From Macrostomum lignano (Eukaryota), in NCBI GenBank assembly GCA_002269645.1, contig NIVC01000738.1, forward strand, positions 62,001-126,000: DNA of 64,000 nt, given 5' to 3'. The notes below the pieces were generated by a model. That model saw only the letters and a program-made list of their open reading frames with translations, was not told the origin of the DNA and did not search any database. Positions 11,168 to 21,909 of this stretch are shown here, in pieces. Each line of letters starts with the position of its first letter. Positions within the stretch are counted from its first letter, which is position 1. The translations under genes were made by a program, and so were the position numbers.

Positions 11168-12617
11168 ATGGGGCGAAAGAAGATTCAAATTGCCAGGATT
11201 GAGGATGAGAGAACTCGGCAGGTGAGTGCAACTTGCAGGAATCTCGGTTGGAAATCTCACTGTCTCAACTAGCAATCTCACTGTCAGATCAGAAATCTCA
11301 CTGCCTCGGGTATCAATCTCACTAATTTAGGTATTATCAACCTCATTGTCTCGAGTATCAATCTCACTGTCCCGGGTATCAATATGACTGTCTTAAGTAT
11401 AAATCTCACTGTCTTACTCTTAAGTATTAATTTCACTGTCTTAAGTATCAATCTCACTGTCTTAAGTATCAATCTCACTGTCTTAAGTATCAATCTCACT
11501 GTCTCGGGTATCAATCTCACTGTCTCGGGTATCGATCTCACTGTCTCGGGTATCAATCTCTGAATATCAGCGCGGAAATCTCGCGCTCTCTCAAGCCAAA
11601 CCCTGCAACGTCCCGCCCTCCTCCGCGCCACCAAATTCAGGTGACCTTCACCAAGCGCAAGTTCGGCCTAATGAAAAAGGCCTACGAGCTCTCCGTCCTC
11701 TGCGACTGCGAGGTGGCGCTGATCGTGTTCAACGGCAACAACCGGCTGCACCAGTACGCCAGCACCGACATGGACCGCCTGCTGCTGCGCTACACCGACT
11801 ACAGCTCACCGCACGAGAGCCGCACTAATAAGGACATTATGGAGGTGAGCGTCAATTTCTCTTTGGAGCTGGGTTCTTTGAAGCTGGGTTCCCCATCCCT
11901 AAATTCGGCGTAAGTTTCGGGGTATGAAAGTCTATTCGCGATTTTACAGGGTAATGGAATTGTGTGGGATTCTTGTTTAATTGGGCTGTTACATGGAATA
12001 ACTTGGATATGTGATTTAGGTTGGGATTCTAGGGAATGGTTTGTTGTAGCCAAGGTTGTAGCCTAGTGGTTGGAGCGTCCGACTGAAAGGTCGGGGGTTC
12101 GATTCTCAACCTGTGGCGACACCCCCCAGTCCTTGAACTGAACAGCCGTACGCAGCCTTCAGATGCGCCGCGCAATAGCTGCGGCTGAGCTGTCGGTTGC
12201 ACATCCGCTCATTAGAGCAGGTGCAATCAATTATTACAGGTGAATTTTTTTGGAATTTTCTATTGTTGCCTCCCGCTCTTCCAGTACTTGACCCGCAAGT
12301 CCGGCACCTCCGCCGATGCGCCGCCCGACCAAGAGGACTCGCAGCCGTCGCCGACGCAGCAACAGCCGCAGCAGCCACGGCAGCAGCCGCCTCGCCAGTC
12401 CATCAGGCTGCAGTCTTTGTCGTCTAGCAGCGCAGCAGCATCGTCCCAGCAGGGACTGCAGCTGCCGCAGATTCTGCAGCTGCAACAGCCGCAGCAGCAG
12501 CAACAACAACAGCAGCAGCAGCAGCTGGATCAACAGTATCCAGTTGTGGACTTCCTCACCCAGCTGAAGTCGGAGGGCACCGAGAATGAAGGCGTAATAG
12601 TGAGCGGCCCGCTGTGA
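11168..12617 (+). CDS. MEF2: MEF2 MADS-box transcription factor, short form; join(11168..11221,11641..11844,12285..12617), 196 aa
   Basis: [18 protein letters not shown]|[31 protein letters not shown]...[30 protein letters not shown]|YLTRK is the MADS plus MEF2 domain with the usual intron positions, GT-AG sites and a consistent frame, followed by a poly-Q tail. Confidence 0.95.
11270..11560 (+). repeat. 21-bp minisatellite atcaatctcactgtc(ttaa/tcgg)gt in MEF2 intron 1
   Basis: About 13 tandem degenerate copies. Confidence 0.9.
12054..12178 (+). mobile_element. tRNA-derived SINE family A, internally deleted copy (MEF2 intron 2)
   Basis: A-box-like tagcctagtggt and B-box ggttcgattc; colinear with 54397-54606 but lacks about 75 bp between caacc and tgtggcgac. 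Confidence 0.75.
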
Positions 12618-12844
12618 GCCGCCGCCGCTGCGCCGGCAGCTCATTGCGATGTGCGACTCTTCAATATTTTGCTCACTGTTTCTATTTGTTTTGTACTTTA
12701 GCTGTTGGCTTTGCTGCTAATCTCGCCTTATAACTGCCCGGATTTTCTCTCTACAATTATTATCCACCCTTAAACCGCTAACTCGCCCATCTGTCATCAT
12801 CTCGTTTTTCTGCTTTAATCAGTAGTTTGGTCTGTTCTCTCTGT

Positions 12845-14115
12845 TCTTCTCTTCATTCACCTGTGATTCTCCCTGCATCCACCTGTGAGTCTCCCTGCAT
12901 CCACCTGTGATTCTCCCTGCATCCACCCGTGAGTCTCCCCACATCCACCTGTCTCCCTGCATCCACGTGTGAGTCTCCCTGCATCCACCTGTGATTCTCC
13001 CTGCATCCACCCGTGAGTCTCCCTGCATCCACGTGTGAGTCTCCCTGCATCCACGTGTGAGTCTCCCTGCATCCCCACCTGTGATTCTCCCTGCATCCAT
13101 CCGTGAGTCTCCCCACATCCACCTGTCTCCCTGCATCCACGTGTGAGTCTCCCTGCATCCACCTGTGATTCTCCCTGCATCCACCCGTGAGTCTCCCTGC
13201 ATCCACGTGTGAGTCTTCCTGCATCCACGTGTGAGTCTCCCTGCATCCACCTGTGATTCTCCCTGCATCCACCCGTGAGTCTCCCTGCATCCACGTGTGA
13301 GTCTCCCTGCATCCACCTGTGATTCTCCCTGCATCCACCCGTGAGTCTCCCTGCATCCACGTGTGAGTCTCCCTGCATCCACCTGTGATTCTCCCTGCAT
13401 CCACCCGTGAGTCTCCCCACATCCACCTGTCTCCCTGCATCCACCTGTGATTCTCCCCCACATCCACCTGTGAGTCTCCCCACATCCACCCGTGAGTCTC
13501 CCCACATCCACCCGTGAGTCTCCCTGCATTCACCCGTGAGTCTCTCCCCACATCCACCTGTGAGTCTCTCCCCACATCCACCTGTGAGTCTCTCCCCACA
13601 TCCACCTGTGAGTCTCTCCCCACATCCACCTGTGAGTCTCTCCCCACATCCACCTGTGAGTCTCCCCACATCCACCTGTGAGTCTCTCCCCACATCCACC
13701 CGTGAGTCTCCCTGCATCCACCCGTGAGTCTCTCCCCACATCCACCTGTGAGTCTCTCCCCACATCCACCTGTGAGTCTCCCTGCATCCACCCGTGAGTC
13801 TCTCCCCACATCCACCTGTGAGTCTCTCCCCACATCCACCTGTGAGTCTCTCCCCACATTCACCTGTGAGTCTCCCTGCATCCACCCGTGAGTCTCCCCA
13901 CATCCACCTGTGAGTCTCTCCCCACATCCACCTGTCTCCCTGCATCCACCTGTGAGTCTCCCTGCATCCACCCGTGAGTCTCCCTGCATCCACCTGTGAG
14001 TCTCCCTGCATCCACCCGTGAGTCTCCCTGCATCCACCCGTGAGTCTCCCTGCATCCACCCGTGAGTCTCCCTGCATCCACCTCCTGAGTCTCCCTGCAT
14101 CCACCAGTGAGTCTC
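12845..14115 (+). repeat. 22/24-bp minisatellite ctc(tc)cc(tg/ca)catccacc(c/t)gtgagt, ~55 copies, downstream of MEF2
   Basis: Tandem array with two monomer classes. Confidence 0.95.
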
Positions 14116-14739
14116 CTCACATTCGCCCGTCTCCCTGTCATTAATACCGCTATCAAGTTAATCGCTACACTACTAAACCTTACATAACCTGTTACTATCT
14201 GCTCATCTAACAGATGCTCATCCATTCTCACTAAGGCAAAGAGCTCATGACTTTATTCAGACTGTACAGACACTGTATTCAATATCCACTGTTGACTTGC
14301 TGTGAACCGAATCCCACTGTCGAACACTTAGCAGTTTATATTTAGCTTTGCTCAAAGCTCCACCGCACTGCCTAGACCTGACCGAATTTGATTTCCGCCA
14401 AAGCTTGTTCATAATGGTTCGTCTTCTATCTTGTACTATTTTCTCTTTACTAGTAGCAGACTATAAAATTGTTTTGTTTGCAGATTTCGCGCTGCGCATT
14501 CCGGAATGCAAAGGTCGCCCCGTTTGTCTAACATCAATCCAAACATATTTAAATACATATAATACGTGCTACTCTTATTCAAATGTTACTATATTATTTT
14601 GTTATTCTGCATGCAAAATCAACGGCGCCGCTGCTCTCGCAGTTGGACCCGCGGTTTTGAATGATGAATTAATTAAAAACTTGTCGTTGAATTGTCATAA
14701 TGCTGTTCCTGCTTTGGGGCGACTGGTCTTTCACACTGC

Positions 14740-15965
14740 ACACCAACCTGACATACCTGACCAACCTGACCAATCTGACATACCTGACCAACCTGACCAA
14801 TCTGACATACCTGACCAACCTGACCAATCTGACATACCTGACCAACCTGACCAATCTGACATACCTGACCAACCTGACCAATCTGACATACCTGACCAAC
14901 CTGACCAATCTGACATACCTGACCAACCTGACCAATCTGACATACCTGACCAACCTGACCAATCTGACATACCTGACCAACCTGACCAATCTGACATACC
15001 TGACCAACCTGACCAATCTGACATACCTGACCAACCTGACCAATCTGACATACCTGACCAACCTGACCAATCTGACATACCTGACCAACCTGACCAATCT
15101 GACATACCTGACCAACCTGACCAATCTGACATACCTGACCAATCTGACATACCTGACCAACCTGACCAATCTGACATACCTGACCAACTTGACACACCTA
15201 ACCAACTTGACACACCTGACCAACTTGACACACCTGACCAACCTGGCACACCTGACCAACTTGACACACCTGACCAACCTGGCACACCTGACCAACTTGA
15301 CACACCTGACCAACCTGGCACACCTGACCAACCTGGCACACCTGAACAACCTGGCACACCTGACCAACCTGGCACACCTGACCAACCTGACCAACCTGGC
15401 ACACCTGACCAACCTGGCACACCTGACCAACCTGGCACGCCTGACCAACCTGGCACACCTGACTAACCTGGCACCCCTGATCAGGGGTTGGTCGACCAAC
15501 CTGCCACCCCTGTACAACCTGACCAACCTGGCACTCCTGACCAACCTGGCACACCTGACCAACTTGACACACCTGACCAACCTAACCTAGCACACCTGAC
15601 TAACCTGGCACCCCTGACCAACCTGCCACCCCTGTACAACCTGACCAACCTGGCACACCTGACTAACCTGGCACCCCGACCAACTTGCCACCCCTGTACA
15701 ACCTGACCAACCTGGCACACCTGACCAACCTGGCACACCTGACCAACTTGACACACCTGACCAACCTAACCTGGCACACCTGACTAACCTGGCACCCCTG
15801 ACCAACCTGCCACCCCTGTACAACCTGACCAACCTGGCATACCTGACCAACCTGGCACACCTGACCAATCTGGCACACCTGACCAACTTGACACACCTGA
15901 CCAATCTGGCACACCTGACCAACTTGACACACCTGACCAATCTGGCACACCTAGCTGGCACACCT
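14740..15965 (+). repeat. 9-bp-based minisatellite (ctgaccaac) with 27-bp and 18-bp higher-order units
   Basis: (cctgaccaa cctgaccaa tctgacata)n grades into ctgaccaacctggcacac and ctgccacccctgtacaac variants. Confidence 0.95.
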
Positions 15966-16393
15966 GACCACACTTGCCATCCGACAACTCGCACCTATGA
16001 TATCTCGAGTCTTTCTATTACAGATACATGTAATTTTAGCTCCTTGATATTTGTAGCAGAAAAACTAAAACGGTAAACGCATCAGCCTGGGATGCTTCAC
16101 GTTGGCACTGGCTCTGCCGAATGGAGACGCTGTCAAGGTGTGCGTGACTCCACTAACTCCACTGCCCGTGACGACCTGAAGAGCGCTTGCCGAGGAAGAG
16201 GAGCGCTTCTCGTATGGCATGGAAGGTGTGCCACTAAAGGTCCCTGCTGTGCTACGCAATAGACAAACTATCAGTGACCTGATCGCTCGCGCTGGCTTCC
16301 CAGAACCGAGCTCCTCATATTCATAAACGTCGTCAAATGTTACATGTACTTGGACAATGGACACTGTCTAAGGAGTTACGGACACTGTCACGG

Positions 16394-16612
16394 CCCCCAA
16401 GGTCGCTTTACACTCCTATATTAGTGTCTGTGTGTTCGACTGCGTACGTATCCGCGCGCTCGTGGGCTGGCTTTTTGCCTGCTCAAGGGAGTCGAAATGA
16501 GCAGTAATGCCTCTCGCCAGCTGTACGACAATAATGTCGCTTAAAGCGCGCCAGGGTGCACACAGCCCCCCTGCTTCTAATCTAACAAAATACATACATA
16601 CATACTCGTACC
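16394..16612 (+). mobile_element. SINE family B, 5'-truncated copy
   Basis: Shares cccccaagg, tacactcc, ctgcgtacgtatccgcgcgct, gcctgctca.gggagtcg, aatgcctctcgcc, aatgtcgcttaaa and ccagggtg.acaca.cccc with 63340-63545; ends in an (atac)n tail. Confidence 0.7.
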
Positions 16613-17007
16613 TTTACATTCTGAAGATTTTGAATCGACAAAGATATGCCAGATTTTGAGACGGAAGAGCGGCCAAAAAGCCTTAAAGCCGATTACAACT
16701 GTGGCTTAAACGTCTTGAAAGACGTCCCAGCTGGCTGCGAGGATTTGTACAGTACATAAAAGGGACAATCGAATGATCAGTAAGCGTGACAGGTGATCGA
16801 ATGCTGAATGCGCTGGCAGGTGAGGAAATCAAAAGGTGACTGCTGACGGCGGAAACGATAAAAAATGAATAAAACTTGTCCATCCAGAAAATTCTGTTTT
16901 AAAAATGCTCAGCTTGAATTGCCAGCCGAGTTATCGATTTGCTGTGGCTCGTATATCTGCAATGCACTAATCATGCCAAATGCACATCAGGTAATTGCTG
17001 AACCAAC

Positions 17008-19125
17008 TTAGCTATCAACAACAATGTCTGGGCGGGACACCAGCTTCTTTTCCGCCTCATCAAGCAGCGGCTCGCTGGCGGCCAGCAGCGGATCGGCAGC
17101 CGGCCGGTAGTCGGGGACGCGGACTCGCAGGCGGTGCGCCAGAGCCCGGCACACCGAGTCGCAGTCCGCCCGGATGGCCACCTGGGCGCGGCGGTCGAAT
17201 GGCGTCGCCTGCAGGTTGACGATGGCTAGAGGCGTGTCCGGTGGCCACAGCGAGGGGTAGTGGCGCAGCACCTGGCGGCGGGTAGAAATGGGGAGGGTGG
17301 CAGATAAGCGTGAAGAACTGGGGGAGGGTGGCAGATCAGCGTGAAGAACTGGGGGAGGGTGGCAGATCAGCGTGAAGAACTGGGGGAGGGTGGCAGATCA
17401 GCGAGTAGAAATGGGGGAGCGGTGGCAGATCAGCGAGTAGAAATGGGGGAGGGGTGGCAGATCAGCGAGTAGAAATGGGGGAGGGGTGGCAGATCAGCGA
17501 GTAGAACTGGGGGAGCGGTGGCAGATCAGCGTGAAGAACTGGGGGAGGGTGGCAGATTAGCGAGTAGAACTGGCAGCGGGGATGTCCGGAAGCGGAGCCC
17601 AGGCCCACCTGCAAGCTGGTGCCCAGACACAGGATGAGGCGGGCCCGGCTGGCGGCAGCCTCCGCGGCCCGCCACTCATAGACTCGATCGGCGGTGCAGC
17701 GGCGGCCGAACTCGCCGAAGTGTACGATGGTGTCCAGCAGCCGTCCAGTGCAGCCGCCGCTGACGCAGACCCGGCCGGTGTCGTGCCGACGCAGGCGGCT
17801 GCGCTCGGTGACGTCAAAGCGGCGGCGGACCAGGCGGCCACAGCGCTCGCAGGCCTCCACAAAGACGTTGCCGTGCAGCTCGGAGAGGCGGCTGGGCGGC
17901 ACCCCAGATCGAAGGTGGAGGCCGTCGCAGTTTTGCGAGACCACGTGACAGACAAGCGGCAGCTGGACTGGGGTTTCAGCTGGTTCATGCGCTGATGGTG
18001 AAGGGAGACCAATTGAAGATGATGAAGCTGAGGCGGCTGGGAGACCAGCCGACGATGATGAAGCTGAGGAGGCTGGGAGACCAGCCGAAGATGATGAAGC
18101 TGAGGCGGCTGGGAGAACAACCGACGATGATGAAGCTGAGGAGGCTGGGAGAACAACCGACGATGATGAAACTGAAGAGGCTGTGAGACCAACCGACGAT
18201 GATGAAGTAGAGGTTAAAAGTTCAGGCGTAACCAACGATGAGGCTGAGGAGGCTGGGCCTTCCGCTGACGAAGCGGACTCTGAGCAGCCCACCAGTGCAG
18301 CGATGAAGCGGTGCGCAAAGGTGGGCCGGGCGGCCTCCACGCCGGGCAGGCAGAAGCGCGGCAGGGCGCCACGAGGCAGCCGCGTCCACAGGCCGTCGGG
18401 GCCACGGTAATCGGGGATGTCAGCGGCCGTGCTGACGCCGGCGCCCGTGTACACCACGCAGCCTCCGGCGGCGCAGCCTGCCAAGAGGCTCGCCAGCTGC
18501 TCGACTTTGGCGGAAACCTCCGGTGCAGAATCTGGCGTCTCGGTGCGGCGCGATTGGCGCGCAGCTCGGGCGGCGCGTCCGCGAAGGAGGCGCGCGGTGA
18601 GCGACTCGCAGACTTCGGCATGACGCTGCAGTTCGGCCTCCTCGGCTGGCGTCAGCGACTCGCCGTCCAAGCTGCGGCGTGCGAGGCGGCGAAGCTGTGC
18701 GGGGTGCAGCAGTGGGAGGGGCGGTCAGACAGCAGCTGGTAAATCAGGGGTCGCAGCAGTGGGAGGGCGGTCAGTCAGCAGCTGGTACATGTAAATCAGG
18801 GGGTGCAGCAGTGGGAGGGGCGGTCAGTCAGCAGCTGGTAAATCAGGGGTCGCAGCAGTGGGAGGGGCGGTCAGTCAGCAGCTGGTAAATCAGGGGTCGC
18901 AGCAGTGGGAGGGCGGTCAGTCAGCAGCTGGTAAATCAGGGGTGCAGCAGCGGGAGGGGCGGTCAGGGACTGGCAGATCAGGGACAATTCGCTCACCTTG
19001 CCCTGCAGCAATCGAGTTTCAGTCAGCCGCTTCCTGTCGAGAGCGCAAGATCGAGTTGAGCCGGACCGCTGCGGGCTGGCCGGGCTCCGCTTTCCCCCTT
19101 CGCTTTGATCATCGGGGCTGTCCAT
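17008..19125 (-). CDS. SIRT7: NAD-dependent deacylase sirtuin-7; complement(join(17008..17271,17609..18694,18997..19125)), 492 aa
   Basis: YTGAGVSTAADIPDYRGPDGLWT, HVVSQNCDGLHLRSG, LSELHGNVFVEAC, FDVTERSRLRRHDTGR, LLDTIVHFGE, LCLGTSLQ|VLRHYPSLW and IVNLQATP. The SQNCDGLH, FDVTER and DTIVHFGE motifs are SIRT7-like. Splice sites are GT-AG and in frame. Confidence 0.92.
17280..17570 (+). repeat. ~31-bp G-rich minisatellite gggggagggtggcagatcagcgtgaagaact in SIRT7 intron 2
   Basis: About 9 tandem copies. Confidence 0.9.
18700..18965 (+). repeat. ~47-bp minisatellite in SIRT7 intron 1
   Basis: ggggtcgcagcagtgggaggggcggtcagtcagcagctggtaaatca, about 5 copies. Confidence 0.9.
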
Positions 19126-19287
19126 GCGACAGAGCTGCCATGAAATGCAGATTAGAGTACAAGACAGCTTTACTGAATATCAACACAGTATATGGCCTGC
19201 TTATAGACTGCTCAAAAGCTACTTACAGCCGTGTCGGGGTGCACTTAAAGTGCATTCAGTGGTTATTCTAGTCAGGAGATTCTTATA

Positions 19288-19620
19288 GTGTTTAGGGCCT
19301 GTTCCCAGTGTGCTCAGGACCTTTTTAAAGTGTGCTCAGGGCCTGTTTACAGTGTGTTCAGGACTGTTTACAGTGTGATTAGGGTCTGTACAATGTGTTC
19401 AGGGCCTTTTTATAGTGCATTTAAGAGCTGTTTACAGGGTGCTCATGGTCTGCTAATAGTGTGTTTAGAGTGCACCGGTATACAATAACTTAAGGGCCTA
19501 TTTCCTGTGTTTTAAGGGCTGTTGACAGGCTGTTTAGGGCAGTTGACAGGCTGTTTAGGGCAGTTGACAGGCTGTTTAGGGCTGCTGACAGTGTGTTTAG
19601 GGACCCTAAGGGCTATGGCC
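19288..19620 (+). repeat. Degenerate repeat with a tgtttaggg core upstream of SIRT7
   Basis: Three near-perfect 21-bp units (tgtttagggcagttgacaggc) plus decayed copies. Confidence 0.65.
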
Positions 19621-20744
19621 CAGAGACGCGCTCTCTGACTTTCCCCCCCCCCTTCTCTCCCCCCTGGCTGGCGAGTGAAGTACTTTGTTGTTGTTGTTGT
19701 TGACAGGGTGTTTAGGGCCTTACAGTGCCCGCAGTGAGGGTTGGTAGCAGCTAATGAAGGGTTTACGAACTTCAAGGTCACAGAGAATAAAAACAAACTA
19801 AACTACAATTACAATTGTCGACATAAGCGAGTATTCTTTATTGTTATAAATTCATACGAGTATATTTTTCATTTGACATATTTCCCAGAAATCAGGACAC
19901 GGGGAAGTTCAACTTGCATAAACAAGGGGCTCAAAGCCACACACAGAGGGTATTTAGCGTAAGAAACAGTAAAATAAATCGCAATATCCAACTAGATTGT
20001 TTTGCAATTTTTTAATTAGTTCAAGGTTCGATTGACTAATATAAAGTATTGCCACTTATTAAAGGAGAGCAGCCGTACTTTTACTTGACAGTTTACCAAC
20101 TATAAAAAATAAAAGTACAAACGCAATCTGGAAACTGGAGAGTAACAAGCTTGTAAATAGGAATACATGGGAACTTTACCAGTACCAATACAAAGATTTG
20201 CGTGCGATACTACTAGCTCAGAGAATAGTAAGTAGCACAGCACAATACATAGGCTAACATAATTTTTGGCAAATTTTATAACCTACAATTTTTAAGGGAG
20301 AATTAAAAGCAAGATAAAAGTACAGCTCAACATTTATATTAATAAATAAAATTTATAAGTCGATGTCCACAGCTACTAAAAGTAGTTGATTAGCATGCGA
20401 GCGGAATATTAGCGCGGTACGATATAAATACGCTGATAAAAGGCTAAGGCGGGAGGGGAGCACACTGGAGGGACTAAAAGAACCCAAATCAATTAATTCG
20501 CAAGGTAAAAATCGCGTACATTTAGGCTGCACAGAGATCGATGAAGGACTGACCCGTGCAGACGGCAGGGACAAAATAATCAAATTCTATTAGCAACGGA
20601 GAATCTTCAGGAAAATCAGGAAAGCTCTAAAATCTGAAATTGCAGCGGAATTGTGAGCGTAAAGTTTTGCATGAGCTGCCCCTCTGCCTTTTGCATACAC
20701 ATTCATATTCAGCATTCATAATTCAGCATTCATAATTCAGCATT

Positions 20745-21805
20745 CATAATCCTGCTCAGAATCTCACCCAATGATTTCATATAATCCTGCTCAGAATCTC
20801 ACCCAATGATTTCATAATCCTGCTCTGAATCTCACCCAATGATTTCATATAATCCTGCTCAGAATCTCACCCAATGATTTCATAATCCTGCTCAGAATCT
20901 CACCCAATGATTTCATAATCCTGCTCAGAATCTCACCCAATGAGTTCATAATCCTGCTCTGAATCTCACCCAATGATTTCATAATCCTGCTCAGAATCTC
21001 ACCCAATGATTTCATAATCCTGCTCAGAATCTCACCCAATGATTTCATAATCCTGCTCAGAATCTCACCCAATGATTTCATAATCCTGCTCAGAATCTCA
21101 CCCAATGAGTTCATAATCCTGCTCAGAATCTCACCCAATGATTTCATAATCCTGCTTAGAATCTCACCCAATGATTTCATAATCCTGCTCTGAATCTCAC
21201 CCAATGATTTCATAATCCTGCTCAGAATCTCACCCAATAAGTTCACAATCCTGCTCAGAATCTCACCCAATGATTTCATAATCCTGCTCAGAATCTCACC
21301 CAATAAGTTCACAATCCTGCTCAGAATCTCACCCAATAAGTTCACAATCCTGCTCAGAATCTCACCCAATGAGTTCATAATCCTGCTCAGAATCTCACCC
21401 AATGAGTTCATAATCCTGCTCAGAATCTCATCCAATTATTTCATATAATACTGCTCAAAATCTCACCCAATGAGTTCATAATCCTGCTCAGAGTCTCACC
21501 CAATGATTTCATATAATCCTGCTCAGAGTCTCACCCAATGATTTCATATAATCCTGCTCAGAATCTCACCCAATGAGTTCACAATCCTGCTCAGAGTCTC
21601 ACCCAATGATTTCATATAATCCTGCTCAGAATCTCACCCAATGAGTTCACAATCCTGCTCAGAATCTCACCCAATGAGTTCACAATCCTGCTCAGAATCT
21701 CACCCAATGAGTTCATAATCCTGCTCAGAATCTCACCCAATGATTTCATATAATCCTGCTCAGAGTCTCACCCAATGATTTCATATAATCCTGCTCAGAA
21801 TCTCA
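20745..21805 (+). repeat. 33-bp minisatellite ataatcctgctcagaatctcacccaatgatttc, ~32 copies
   Basis: Tandem array just downstream of the MINPP1 stop codon. Confidence 0.95.
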
Positions 21806-21909
21806 ATGCCACAGTATCAATCAAAACGATCCGACAGCTCAGGCAAAGAATAAAAACTCAATTTCAAGCAGTGCACCTCTGTCGAAGCACAGCAAGAGAC
21901 TGCCGGCCC

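Noticed and set aside
12819-15994. Overlapping 100-415 aa ORFs (MQGDSRVDAG.., PDQPDQSDI.., LTNLTYL..)
   Set aside because: These are translations of minisatellites on both strands with no non-repeat domain.
18000-18310. Acidic plus-strand frame (DDEAEAAGRPAD)n antisense to SIRT7
   Set aside because: It is the mirror of the Ser-rich repeat, with no start codon, splice sites or homology to support a separate gene.
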